From Candidatus Micrarchaeota archaeon (lineage in GTDB: Archaea; Micrarchaeota; Micrarchaeia; Micrarchaeales; Micrarchaeaceae): 28,952 nucleotides of DNA. Within the stretch, counting starts at the first letter, position 1, and each line of letters opens with the position of its first letter. The notes beneath the pieces are model-generated. The model did not search any database. It worked only from the letters and a program-made list of their open reading frames with translations, and had not been told where the DNA came from. The stretch lies in contig JAKAPD010000001.1 of the NCBI GenBank assembly GCA_021812025.1, positions 1 through 28,952 on the forward strand, read 5' to 3'. Position numbers and translations under genes: made by a program. Of the stretch, positions 8,694 through 17,310 are shown piece after piece.

Positions 8694-9617
8694 ATGCCAG
8701 CTACAGGGAAAGAGCAACTCAGGGCAAGGCTGCAGGCGGTGGCTCTGGTAAGAAGGAGCGCAGTGGAGTTTTTCCAGGACGAAGGATTCCTAGAATTGAA
8801 TCCGGTAATGCTGGGCATGAGCACGGACCCATTGGGTCCGGATCCAGGTTCTTCAGTGGTAAAGACTGCTGAAATCCCATATCAGGGGCAGGATCTATAT
8901 CTGATGAACTCTATGATATTGCACAAGCAGGTCGCGATAACTAGGCTCGGCACCCCAATATTCATAATGTCCCCGAACGTCAGGCTCGAAAGACCTGAAA
9001 GGCAAGCTTCCGGCAGGCACCTCTTCGAGTTCACGCAAGTCGATTTCGAGATTCCAAAAGGCAAGACGCAAGACGTGAAGGACGTTATGCATGGGTATTT
9101 TGGCCACCTTCAAAAGGCCACGGATGAACACCCCGAGCTTTTCACCCTATTGGGCATCGAGCCGCCTAAATTCAACACTCCATTCCCTGCACACAAGACC
9201 CATGACTTGGAGCAAACGTACGCCGCTCAGTGGTCAGAAACAGAACTAATGGCATCAAGGGCTAGCCCGCAGCCTTTCTGGGCAGAATGCCACAAGAGGG
9301 AATTCTACGACAAGGAAGATACAGAGCACCCAGGACATTATCTTAACTATGATCTGATTTACGATGGTGGCTTTGGAGAAGGGCTTTCAGGAGCAGAGCG
9401 CGAATCCGAGCCATCAAGGATAAAGCAGAGAGTCAGCAAAGACGCGCTCAAGAAGAAGGCATTCGCGGCGTATCTTAGGCTTGCAGAAGAGGGGTTCACG
9501 CCTTCAGCGGGCGCCGGATTCGGGGTAGAGAGGCTCGCAAGGCGCATAACACAAGCTCCGCACGTAAGGGACGTCCAGCTCTTTCCAAGAGTCCCAGGTG
9601 AAACTGTTGAAATTTGA
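8694..9617 (+). CDS. asnA: Archaeal-type asparagine synthetase A (AsnRS/AspRS catalytic-core paralogue, no anticodon domain)
   Basis: SMILHKQ, SPNVRLE, HLFEFTQVDFE, REFYD, NYDL, GE.LSG.ERE, SAGAGFGVERL and FPR.PG; 307 aa with no OB-fold N-terminus. Confidence 0.85.
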   Translation: MPATGKEQLRARLQAVALVRRSAVEFFQDEGFLELNPVMLGMSTDPLGPDPGSSVVKTAEIPYQGQDLYLMNSMILHKQVAITRLGTPIFIMSPNVRLERPERQASGRHLFEFTQVDFEIPKGKTQDVKDVMHGYFGHLQKATDEHPELFTLLGIEPPKFNTPFPAHKTHDLEQTYAAQWSETELMASRASPQPFWAECHKREFYDKEDTEHPGHYLNYDLIYDGGFGEGLSGAERESEPSRIKQRVSKDALKKKAFAAYLRLAEEGFTPSAGAGFGVERLARRITQAPHVRDVQLFPRVPGETVEI

Positions 9618-9640
9618 GTCCAGAATGGGTGATGGGAAAC

Positions 9641-9665
9641 GCATAGGGGCTTCGTGCCCCTATGC
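9641..9665. terminator. Perfect 10-bp stem-loop between convergent genes
   Basis: GCATAGGGGC-TTCGT-GCCCCTATGC lies between the asnA stop (9617) and the FMN reductase stop (9671). Confidence 0.5.
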
Positions 9666-9670
9666 ACTGT

Positions 9671-10225
9671 TTATTTCTTGAGCCTTTTTGTCCAAACGAC
9701 TAGCGCGTCAAGGAGCTCCTTTATTTTCTTTTTTGTATGTTCATCGGTCAGCATCCCATTCTCATCTATCTTTTCATTTGCGAACGTGACTATCACCTCT
9801 GGCTTATTCAAGGGGTGCATATTAAGAAAAACGAAAGTCTGCCTTAGGTGGTACTGCGCCCTGGCTCCGCCGATCATACCGCCAGAGGCGCTCATCACCG
9901 CCACCGGTTTATCATCCCATGAATTATCTGGATAGGGTCTCGAAGCCCAGTCTATCGCATTCTTCAGCGGCCCCGGGATTGAATAGTTGTATTCAGGAGT
10001 AGCAAAAAGGATCGCATCAGACTCTTTTATCTGCTTCTTGAACTTTATTACGGGCTCCGGGAGCCCGTTTTCGAGATCCTGGTTGAAAATCGGAATCTGC
10101 GATATGTCAGCCACTTCCAATATGGCTCCTTTAGGCACGAGTTCCAAAGCAGAATTCATAAGCGATTTGTTGTATGAGCCTTCCCTGAGGCTGCCCACTA
10201 TCCCAAGAATCTTTATTTTATCCAT
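9671..10225 (-). CDS. NAD(P)H-dependent FMN reductase (ChrR/SsuE-like flavodoxin fold)
   Basis: GIVGSLREGSYN, TPEYNYSIPG.LKNAIDWASR and SASGGMIGGARAQYHLRQ; start taken as ATG 10225. Confidence 0.93.
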   Translation of the reverse strand: MDKIKILGIVGSLREGSYNKSLMNSALELVPKGAILEVADISQIPIFNQDLENGLPEPVIKFKKQIKESDAILFATPEYNYSIPGPLKNAIDWASRPYPDNSWDDKPVAVMSASGGMIGGARAQYHLRQTFVFLNMHPLNKPEVIVTFANEKIDENGMLTDEHTKKKIKELLDALVVWTKRLKK

Positions 10226-10378
10226 ATTTAGTTTTCGCAGCAAAAGGTTTTGAATACTTGTTTAATTCCCAGATACACATCAATCAAGATTTGTGCTACT
10301 GGAATACCCAAGCTGCGCGACTCGCACATCACGGCATTCTGTCTTTCCGGCCGCAGCAAATAAGAGGCAGTTCCCTAC

Positions 10379-10858
10379 TCACAGATACTTTATCAAATCG
10401 ATATCGCAATCCTTATAGCCAAGTTTTCTGTAGAACCCGTGGGCTTGTTTGTTCGGTACGAAGACCGTTATGAAAATGCGCTTGCAATTCTTTTTCTTGA
10501 GATGTTTCTCCGCGACTTCCATCAATTGTAGGCCTATGCCTTTCCCCCTATGGCTTTTCTCCAGATACAATTCCGTAATCCTGCCGCTCTTTACCCGCTT
10601 GATTCCCGGATCTTTATATTTCGGCAGAATTATTGTGACAATAAGCCCGACAATCCTGCCGTCCGAAATGGCGACGTGCAGCGTTCCGCTCCTCTTCGAA
10701 ATGCTTTTCAAGGTCATTTTGAGATATTTCATCCCGTAGCCGGGGCCTCTTCTTACTATGTCGACATTGTCAAGCGATTTCAGGTAATCCTGAAAGTTAT
10801 CAAACAGCTTGGATACTTCTTTTGCGTCGGACTTTTCATACGGCCTGATGTTTTCCAT
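10379..10858 (-). CDS. GNAT family N-acetyltransferase
   Basis: ITELYL..SHRGKGIG..L acetyl-CoA motif A and N..AHGFYRKLGY. Confidence 0.88.
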   Translation of the reverse strand: MENIRPYEKSDAKEVSKLFDNFQDYLKSLDNVDIVRRGPGYGMKYLKMTLKSISKRSGTLHVAISDGRIVGLIVTIILPKYKDPGIKRVKSGRITELYLEKSHRGKGIGLQLMEVAEKHLKKKNCKRIFITVFVPNKQAHGFYRKLGYKDCDIDLIKYL

Positions 10859-10901
10859 GATAAGATAAGGCAAGCCCTGTTTTTATTGTTTTTGCACTCA
10901 T

Positions 10902-11354
10902 TTAGAATCTTTTCAAGAATAGGGTGCTATCTCGCTTTTCAAACCCGTGCTTCAGATAGAGTCCATGCGCTATTTTCCTGAAATTGGCGGAGCTAAGGGA
11001 CATGGCCTTGCACGACCTGGACTTGGCGAATTTGATCGATTCTTCGAGAAGCTTCTTGCCGACCCCTTTTCCCCTATACTTTTCATGCACGACAAGCTCG
11101 CCGAGCTGCGAAGAGTAGCCTTGCCTGCGCAGGCTATTGGCTATCTGTATCTCTGCAAAACCTGCAATGTCGCCATCCACTTTCGCTATCAAAAATTTCT
11201 GGTTCCTGTTCTTCAGGCTCCTGATAAACACCTTCTTTATCTTTTGTTCATTAAAGCGGTCGTTCGGCCAGAGCTGCTTCACCAGCAAAAGGATGTCCGG
11301 AAAGTCCCTTTCTGCTGCAGTCATTATTTCAACAACCGTTTTAGAAGCTACCAT
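10902..11354 (-). CDS. GNAT family N-acetyltransferase
   Basis: ELVV..KYRGKGVGKKL and R..AH.LY.K.GF; ATG 11354 is preceded by GGTGA at 5 nt spacing. Confidence 0.88.
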   Translation of the reverse strand: MVASKTVVEIMTAAERDFPDILLLVKQLWPNDRFNEQKIKKVFIRSLKNRNQKFLIAKVDGDIAGFAEIQIANSLRRQGYSSQLGELVVHEKYRGKGVGKKLLEESIKFAKSRSCKAMSLSSANFRKIAHGLYLKHGFEKRDSTLFLKRF

Positions 11355-11359
11355 CGGAG

Positions 11360-11662
11360 TCACCGCATGTTGTAGAACAAGTTTTCAAGAACGGCCATGC
11401 TGTCATTTGGCGCTACGACCACTTTCTTCGTCTGCCCGCATTTCATGCATTTGTAAGAAATCGAGACGCTGTCCCTTTCCATAAGCCTTTCGACCGGCTG
11501 CATCTCGCCCCTGCATTTTGATGCCCTATCCCCGGGCTCCACATCGACATGTTTGCTGTAAAGGCACTTTGGGCAATGGTCAGTAAAGCCATTTCCGAAT
11601 ACGTGCTCGCCGCAGTGTCCGCATTTGAAATCTTCCCTTGTACGCGTAAATCTTCCAACCAT
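11360..11662 (-). CDS. RNHCP domain (Zn-binding) protein
   Basis: F.C.HCG.......DHCP.CLYSKHVD..PGDRAS.C.G.M...C..CG pattern. Confidence 0.85.
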   Translation of the reverse strand: MVGRFTRTREDFKCGHCGEHVFGNGFTDHCPKCLYSKHVDVEPGDRASKCRGEMQPVERLMERDSVSISYKCMKCGQTKKVVVAPNDSMAVLENLFYNMR

Positions 11663-11724
11663 GCGCTCAGCTTAATATATTATCTCTAGAAATCTATATG
11701 GCAATATAATATAAAGTCCTATTT

Positions 11725-12513
11725 ATGCCGTTTTTCGTGTACTCTCTGGAAGACGTCGTATCGACAGGCGCAGCGGAGCTGCTCAAAGGGCTAGCGGACT
11801 TCCGGGAGGAAAAGCCGATAAACGGACTAAGATGCTTCGGATACAGGAACATGAAGCTCGTAGAAATCCCTGGCATACACGTCAATGCGGATTTTCTCGA
11901 TGAACTGGGCGCAGACTACATAATATTCCTGAGTAGGCACAGCAGCGCAAAAGGGGTTATCTCTTTTACGGTGCATCCAGAGGGCAACTGGGACCGCTCC
12001 GCTGAGATTGGGGGCAAACCAAAGCAGCTCGCGACCGCCGCCCCGGTAGAGATGCTAAAAGTGCTGAAAAAGATGTCGGAGCTAAACAAGACGGAACATG
12101 CCGTTACATATGAAGCCACGCACCATGGGCCTTTTCTCAAGACCCCCTCGCTTTACGCGGAGCTAGGAGGCAGCGAGGCGACATGGTACAATACCGCGCT
12201 ATTGCAGATTCTTGCCAAATCCGTACTCGAGTCGGTCGATGCCGATGTGCCATACGACAAGATAGCGATAGGTATAGGTGGCCTACATTACGAAGACAGG
12301 TTCGCAAGGCTAGCCCTCTCTGGCAAATACGCGTTCTCGCACATGATGGCGAGGCACTCGGTCGCAGAGCTCGACATGCTTGACCAGGCAATTAACAGGT
12401 CGAACAGGAAAGCGGAAATAGCGGTCATAGAGTGGAAGAGCATAACAGCGGAAGAGCGGAACAAGGCCGTGGAAAAACTGAACGAGCTCGGCCTCGATTA
12501 CGTCAAGATTTGA
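11725..12513 (+). CDS. dtdA: Archaeal D-aminoacyl-tRNA deacylase (DTD2)
   Basis: FLSRHSS, TVH..GN, EATHHGP, ELGGSE and GIGGLHY motifs. Confidence 0.9.
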   Translation: MPFFVYSLEDVVSTGAAELLKGLADFREEKPINGLRCFGYRNMKLVEIPGIHVNADFLDELGADYIIFLSRHSSAKGVISFTVHPEGNWDRSAEIGGKPKQLATAAPVEMLKVLKKMSELNKTEHAVTYEATHHGPFLKTPSLYAELGGSEATWYNTALLQILAKSVLESVDADVPYDKIAIGIGGLHYEDRFARLALSGKYAFSHMMARHSVAELDMLDQAINRSNRKAEIAVIEWKSITAEERNKAVEKLNELGLDYVKI

Positions 12514-15281
12514 GTGATGGCATCAAGAGCGTATACGAAATCTTCCTGAAAAAATTCAAGAATTACACGAAGATACAGGAGCGTGCGCTGCCGATAATAG
12601 AGAAGGGGCACAACTGCGTCATAATTGCGCCGACCGGCGCAGGCAAGACGGAAGCGGCTATGCTTCCCGTAATTGATATGATAGCAAAACAGGAGGGCCA
12701 ATCCGGCATAATCGCGCTCTACATAACGCCGCTTAAGGCGCTAAACAGGGACACGATAAAGAGGCTGGAGCAGTTCTGCGCAGAAGTAGGCGTCTCGATA
12801 AGCGTGAGGCACGGCGACACTTCCATTGAGGAAAGAGCTCGGCAGTCAAGAAGGGCGCCGATGATCCTGATAACCACTCCTGAGACCTTCCAGAGCATAC
12901 TGCCGACCAAGGGACTGAGGCCCGCGCTGAAAAACGTGAAGGCTGTTGTAGTGGATGAGATCCACGAATTGTACTACAACAAGAGGGGCGCTCAACTTTC
13001 CATAGGCTTAGAAAGGTTGGAGGAGATAGCTCCGAACTTCCAAAGGATAGGAATAAGCGCAACTATAGGCGATACAGAAATGGTAAAGCGGTTCCTGTGC
13101 GGCAAGCGAGAGTGCAAAGAGGCTTCGGTCGACGAGAACAAGAGGATGATGCTTAGCGTAGAAGTGCCAAAAGAGCCTGACAAGAGGCTCTCGGAGATGG
13201 CCGAGAAGTTCGGCCTTGACCAGGAGGCTTTGGCAAGACTGAATGCAATAGCATTTCACATAAAAGAGTCGAAGTCGACTCTAATCTTTGCGAACACCCG
13301 CCAAGTCGTAGAGGCATTGGGGAGCCGGCTTCTTTACATCAATTCAATAGAGAATTTTGGGGGCATAGGCGTCCATCACAGCTCAATTTCAACAGAGGAG
13401 CGGGTGAAAATGGAGGACTCTTTCAAGACCGGTACGCTGAAAAGCCTGATCGCAACCAGTTCTCTGGAACTCGGGATAGACGTAGGGAATGTCGACCTTG
13501 TGGTGCAATATGGATCTCCAAGGCAGGCGCTCAGGCTGGTGCAAAGGGTTGGAAGGAGCGGCCATACTGAGAAAGGGGTCGCAAAAGGCATCATAATCGC
13601 TGCGAATATGGTAGAGGCGATAGAATCCGTCGCAGTATGCAGCAACGTAAACTCGGGGAAGCTCGAGAAGTTTAATATGCAATCCGGTGCGCTCGACGTC
13701 TTGGCGAATCAGATATGCGGGATAGCGCTCGATAAGTGGAACACTAACATAGATGAAATATACACGATTGTAAAAAGGTCTTATCTCTACAAGGACCTCG
13801 AACCGAAAAAGCTCACCGAAATGCTAAACTTTATGGCAGAGCACAGCATGATAGGCTTTGATGACTTCGCCGTGCTGTCAGGGCCTACTACCAGAATGTA
13901 CTATTACTCGCATCTGAGCGTTATTCCCGATGTAAGGAGGTTCAAAGTCAAGAACATAATCGGCAACAAGATAATATCCAGCCTGGATGAGGGATTCGTA
14001 GTTACTTCTCTCGAAGAGAACGCAGTCTTCATAACAAAAGGGCTCCCATGGAAAGTTGTGAGCATAGATGAGGACACTGTAAGCGTAGAGCCGTCAACAG
14101 ATCTTGAAGCGGCAGTACCTGATTGGAGCGGCGAGAGCATGCCGGTCAGCTACGACGTATCAAAGGAAGTGTTCGAGCTGCTGAATAATGAGCAGAAGAT
14201 GGCATCTTTGGGTTATCTGGGCAAGGAATACCTGCAAGGGATAAGAGAAGCCCTAGAGAAGCAGAGGGGATTCTTCATGCCCTCAGCAAAAAAAACGATA
14301 ATCGAGCAGGGCGAAGACTACAAGATAGTATATACCGGCCTCGGGACATTGGCAGGCGAGGGATTTGCAAGGCTTCTTGCGCATAGCATAATGCAAAGGA
14401 CCGGAAAAGCCGTCAACATGAGGTCCTCCCCATACATGATATTCCTGGAGCTTCCAAGAAAACTGGATCTTTCACACCAGATAAAGCTGGTTTCGCAAGG
14501 AAATCTGGAATTACACCTAAAAGAGGCGCTGAAGGACAGTGAACTCTTCAGGTACAAGCTAATAACAGTCGCAAAACTTTTTGGGATAGTGGAGAGGGGC
14601 GCAGCTTTGTCGAAGCATTTGGCGAAGAAGCTGCAGGCGACGCTCACGGGAACTCCTGTTTATGAAGAGACAATGAGGGAACTGATGCACAACTACTTTG
14701 ACGTGAACACTCTAAGAAAGTTCCTCGGGGAAATATCCTCTAACAAAGTAAAAGTGGAGATAATAGACGCAGTTTCGCTGACTCCTCTATCAAAGTTGAT
14801 TCTTGAATCTGCGTATAGGACGAAGGAGCTCATAATGCCGCTAATACCCAGCGCGGAAGTGATAAACTCGTTCTCAAGCCACCTGCTTTCGAAGAGCATG
14901 AAGATGATATGCACCTATTGCGGATTCAACTTCACAAGAAGACTATCAGAACTCAAAGACGCAAAAGTGAACTGCCCGAGCTGCAACAGCCCGCTGATAG
15001 CTCCGTATAGGGACGAATATGTTGAGATTGTGAAAAAGAGGAAAGAGGGCAAAAAGCTCACAAGGAGCGAGCAGGAAACACTGAAGGAAATGCTGCGCCA
15101 GGCAAGCCTCTTCGATTCCTATGGCGGAAAAGCCGCAATTGCATTATCCACTTATGGAGTTGGCCCGAGAAATGCCGCAAGAGTGTTAATGATGCTAAGA
15201 CCAGATGAAAAGCTCTTTTATTTGGATCTAATAGAGGCACAGAAGAATTTCATAAAGAACAAGAAGTATTGGGCGCATTAG
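12510..15281 (+). CDS. lhr: Lhr-type SF2 DEAD/DEAH-box helicase with C-terminal Zn finger
   Basis: APTGAGKT, TPLKALNRD, RHGDT, DEIH, SAT, ATSSLELGID, QRVGRSGH and CTYC..CPSC. The start is probably TTG 12510 overlapping the dtdA stop (TTGA), not 12432. Confidence 0.93.
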   Translation: MSDGIKSVYEIFLKKFKNYTKIQERALPIIEKGHNCVIIAPTGAGKTEAAMLPVIDMIAKQEGQSGIIALYITPLKALNRDTIKRLEQFCAEVGVSISVRHGDTSIEERARQSRRAPMILITTPETFQSILPTKGLRPALKNVKAVVVDEIHELYYNKRGAQLSIGLERLEEIAPNFQRIGISATIGDTEMVKRFLCGKRECKEASVDENKRMMLSVEVPKEPDKRLSEMAEKFGLDQEALARLNAIAFHIKESKSTLIFANTRQVVEALGSRLLYINSIENFGGIGVHHSSISTEERVKMEDSFKTGTLKSLIATSSLELGIDVGNVDLVVQYGSPRQALRLVQRVGRSGHTEKGVAKGIIIAANMVEAIESVAVCSNVNSGKLEKFNMQSGALDVLANQICGIALDKWNTNIDEIYTIVKRSYLYKDLEPKKLTEMLNFMAEHSMIGFDDFAVLSGPTTRMYYYSHLSVIPDVRRFKVKNIIGNKIISSLDEGFVVTSLEENAVFITKGLPWKVVSIDEDTVSVEPSTDLEAAVPDWSGESMPVSYDVSKEVFELLNNEQKMASLGYLGKEYLQGIREALEKQRGFFMPSAKKTIIEQGEDYKIVYTGLGTLAGEGFARLLAHSIMQRTGKAVNMRSSPYMIFLELPRKLDLSHQIKLVSQGNLELHLKEALKDSELFRYKLITVAKLFGIVERGAALSKHLAKKLQATLTGTPVYEETMRELMHNYFDVNTLRKFLGEISSNKVKVEIIDAVSLTPLSKLILESAYRTKELIMPLIPSAEVINSFSSHLLSKSMKMICTYCGFNFTRRLSELKDAKVNCPSCNSPLIAPYRDEYVEIVKKRKEGKKLTRSEQETLKEMLRQASLFDSYGGKAAIALSTYGVGPRNAARVLMMLRPDEKLFYLDLIEAQKNFIKNKKYWAH

Positions 15282-15325
15282 TTGAAACCCAAAAAATCAA
15301 GATAAAAGAGACAAATATTCAGGTA

Positions 15326-15576
15326 ATGTACAAGAAAAAAGGCAAAGGCCCATAAGAACAAAAGGTCAAAGGAGTTCTATGCAATTATCCCGAAGCACGT
15401 CGGCTTGAAGAAAAAGCCACGAGGATAGCTTTCGGAATAAACGATGGGCAGCTTCTGGAAGGACTATTGAGCATCTGCATATACATGTGATTCTTAGATA
15501 GTTTGGCGATATGCCAGGTCCGAGTGAGGGCATAAGGAACATGTTTCTCGTAAAGATGGCACGGTACAAAACCTAA
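15326..15576 (+). pseudogene. HIT family hydrolase pseudogene
   Basis: Fragments in different frames: YAIIPKHV; GINDG (15434-15448); then AASGRTIEHLHIHVILR*FGDMPGPSEGIRNMF (15448-15546) with the HxHxH triad and an in-frame TAG at 15499. The 5' boundary is approximate. Confidence 0.75.
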
Positions 15577-15613
15577 AGTCACGTCTAAATACCTATTTTT
15601 CCAGAATCATACC

Positions 15614-16027
15614 GTGCGAATCGGAATAGTAAGCTCTATGCAGCATGTCGACAAAATGGTAGAGGTATACGACATGCTCAAGGCGATGGGCCACGAGCCG
15701 TTCATGACAGAGCGGAACGAGCCGATGCGAGGCAAGAGCGCGGGAGAGATAGAGAAGATTAAGCTGCACCAGAAGTACGAATTCGATGCGATAATGGCTT
15801 TCTGGAAGAAGATGCAGGGGGCAGACGCGGTACTTGTCCTGAATCTTGACAAGAATGGGATAAAGAACTACATAGGCGGCAACACCCTTATGGAAATAGG
15901 CTTCGCCCACGTGCTTGGCCAGAAGATATTCCTTTGGAATCCGATTCCCGAGACACTACACTACAAGAGCGAAATAGAGGCTTGCAGACCAACTGTCATA
16001 GATGGCGACCTCTCAAAAATAAAATAG
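15614..16027 (+). CDS. Nucleoside 2-deoxyribosyltransferase-like (NDT/Rcl fold) protein
   Basis: DAVLVLN....YIGGNTLMEIGFAHVLGQKIFL with the Glu nucleophile motif typical of the NDT fold; GTG start. Confidence 0.65.
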   Translation: MRIGIVSSMQHVDKMVEVYDMLKAMGHEPFMTERNEPMRGKSAGEIEKIKLHQKYEFDAIMAFWKKMQGADAVLVLNLDKNGIKNYIGGNTLMEIGFAHVLGQKIFLWNPIPETLHYKSEIEACRPTVIDGDLSKIK

Positions 16028-16057
16028 AAAAACCTGCAAGACAGGAGGACAAAGGGT

Positions 16058-16201
16058 TTACTTGCCCCCGATCTTGAACATCTTCGTCCCGCAGACTGGG
16101 CAAGTGCCTGTCATTGCCTTCTTGCCGTTCTTCATCGTGACCTCCTTCGCATCCTTCATCTGCCTCTTCTCCTTGCATTTTACACAATACGCTTCTACCA
16201 T
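16058..16201 (-). CDS. Small Zn-ribbon protein, DUF5679-like (47 aa; not in the ORF track)
   Basis: Translated by hand: MVEAYCVKCKEKRQMKDAKEVTMKNGKKAMTGTCPVCGTKMFKIGGK, with YCVKC and GTCPVCGTKMF motifs. Confidence 0.85.
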   Translation of the reverse strand: MVEAYCVKCKEKRQMKDAKEVTMKNGKKAMTGTCPVCGTKMFKIGGK

Positions 16202-16272
16202 AAAACCGCCAGTTATTTATCAGATAGGAACTATTAATAACCCTGCTTATCAACAGCAATTAGGTCGATAGA

Positions 16273-17256
16273 GTGGATTTGCGCGCCATAGAATACAGAC
16301 AACTTCTCCAGATTGTCACCATGTTCATGATAGTGCAGTTCTTCGGCCTGCTGCTTGCTACGCAGCTTTACAGCGGCCAGACGTTCCAGCAGCTCACGAG
16401 CACGCAAGTAGTATCCTCGTCAACGAGTGCGCTCTTCTACATAGCGTATGTTGTGATTCTCGCGGCAGTGCTGCTCCTTGTATTCAGGATATACAAGGGC
16501 GCAATGCTGTTTATCCTGCTGGAGGGCGCCGTGGTCTTCATCACGTCGTTCTTCGTTTTCCTGATAGTTTTCGAAGTGCTTCTACCATACTCATTTTTTG
16601 CCTATGGGGCGCAGGTCCCGATGGCGCTGCCCCTGGCAATAATATGCTCGGCCTTTCTCATAGCGGCTAAGAACAAGTGGCAGAGGCTCAGGAATACCGC
16701 AGCGATAATAGCCAGCGTCGGCGTTGGCGTGGTGCTGGGTTCCACATTCAGCTTCCTGGCTGCATTCGTGTTCATGTTGATACTGGCTGTCTACGACTTC
16801 ATAGCGGTGTTCATAACTAAGCATATGGTGACAATGGCGAGGGCAATGTCGGAGAGGAACCTAGCGTTCCTGGTGGGCGTCCACGAGATCGAAGCGGTGC
16901 CGGAAAGCGCGCTTAACAAGAAGGAGAGGTCAGAGTACTTAAGGGAGAAGCCTGTCCTTGTGAAAAAAGGAGGTCCAATCATCAAGGAGATGATAAAGAG
17001 AAAACTGGTCCCGGTTCCTGCAAGGGTTGAGCTCGGGACTGGTGACCTTGCGATACCTCTGATGCTTGCCGTGTCAGCTTATACTGTGTACCTAAGCCTC
17101 CTGCTAAGCTTATCGATAATAATCGGCGCGATATTCGGACTTATTTTCACGATGTGGCTTCTCAGGAAATACAGGATAGTGCTGCCAGCGATTCCGCCGA
17201 TACTTTTCGGCATACTAATCGCAATGGCCATCTACTTCCTGGTGGGCTCCATCTAG
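16273..17256 (+). CDS. Presenilin / signal-peptide-peptidase-like GxGD intramembrane aspartyl protease
   Basis: About 9 TM helices, YD (LAVYDFIAV), LGTGD and PAIP (PAL-like) motifs. Confidence 0.9.
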   Translation: MDLRAIEYRQLLQIVTMFMIVQFFGLLLATQLYSGQTFQQLTSTQVVSSSTSALFYIAYVVILAAVLLLVFRIYKGAMLFILLEGAVVFITSFFVFLIVFEVLLPYSFFAYGAQVPMALPLAIICSAFLIAAKNKWQRLRNTAAIIASVGVGVVLGSTFSFLAAFVFMLILAVYDFIAVFITKHMVTMARAMSERNLAFLVGVHEIEAVPESALNKKERSEYLREKPVLVKKGGPIIKEMIKRKLVPVPARVELGTGDLAIPLMLAVSAYTVYLSLLLSLSIIIGAIFGLIFTMWLLRKYRIVLPAIPPILFGILIAMAIYFLVGSI

Positions 17257-17310
17257 CGGCTATTCAAAAATCGAAAGCGAAACAATACATACCGCTTAAA
17301 TACCTTTCAA

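Noticed and set aside
10244-10378. ~150-bp gap between the GNAT and FMN reductase genes as possible ncRNA or pseudogene
   Set aside because: No recognisable motif in the translations I tried, and no convincing C/D boxes or stable stem.
12432-12509. N-terminal extension of the Lhr ORF
   Set aside because: Lies inside dtdA in another frame; the TTGA overlap at 12510 is the simpler start.
15499-15501. TAG readthrough (pyrrolysine or recoding) rescuing the HIT gene
   Set aside because: Several frameshifts and an internal deletion also disrupt the gene, and no pyl genes are visible.
16062-16271. 69-aa minus-strand ORF in the track
   Set aside because: An out-of-frame shadow of the DUF5679-like gene (16058-16201).
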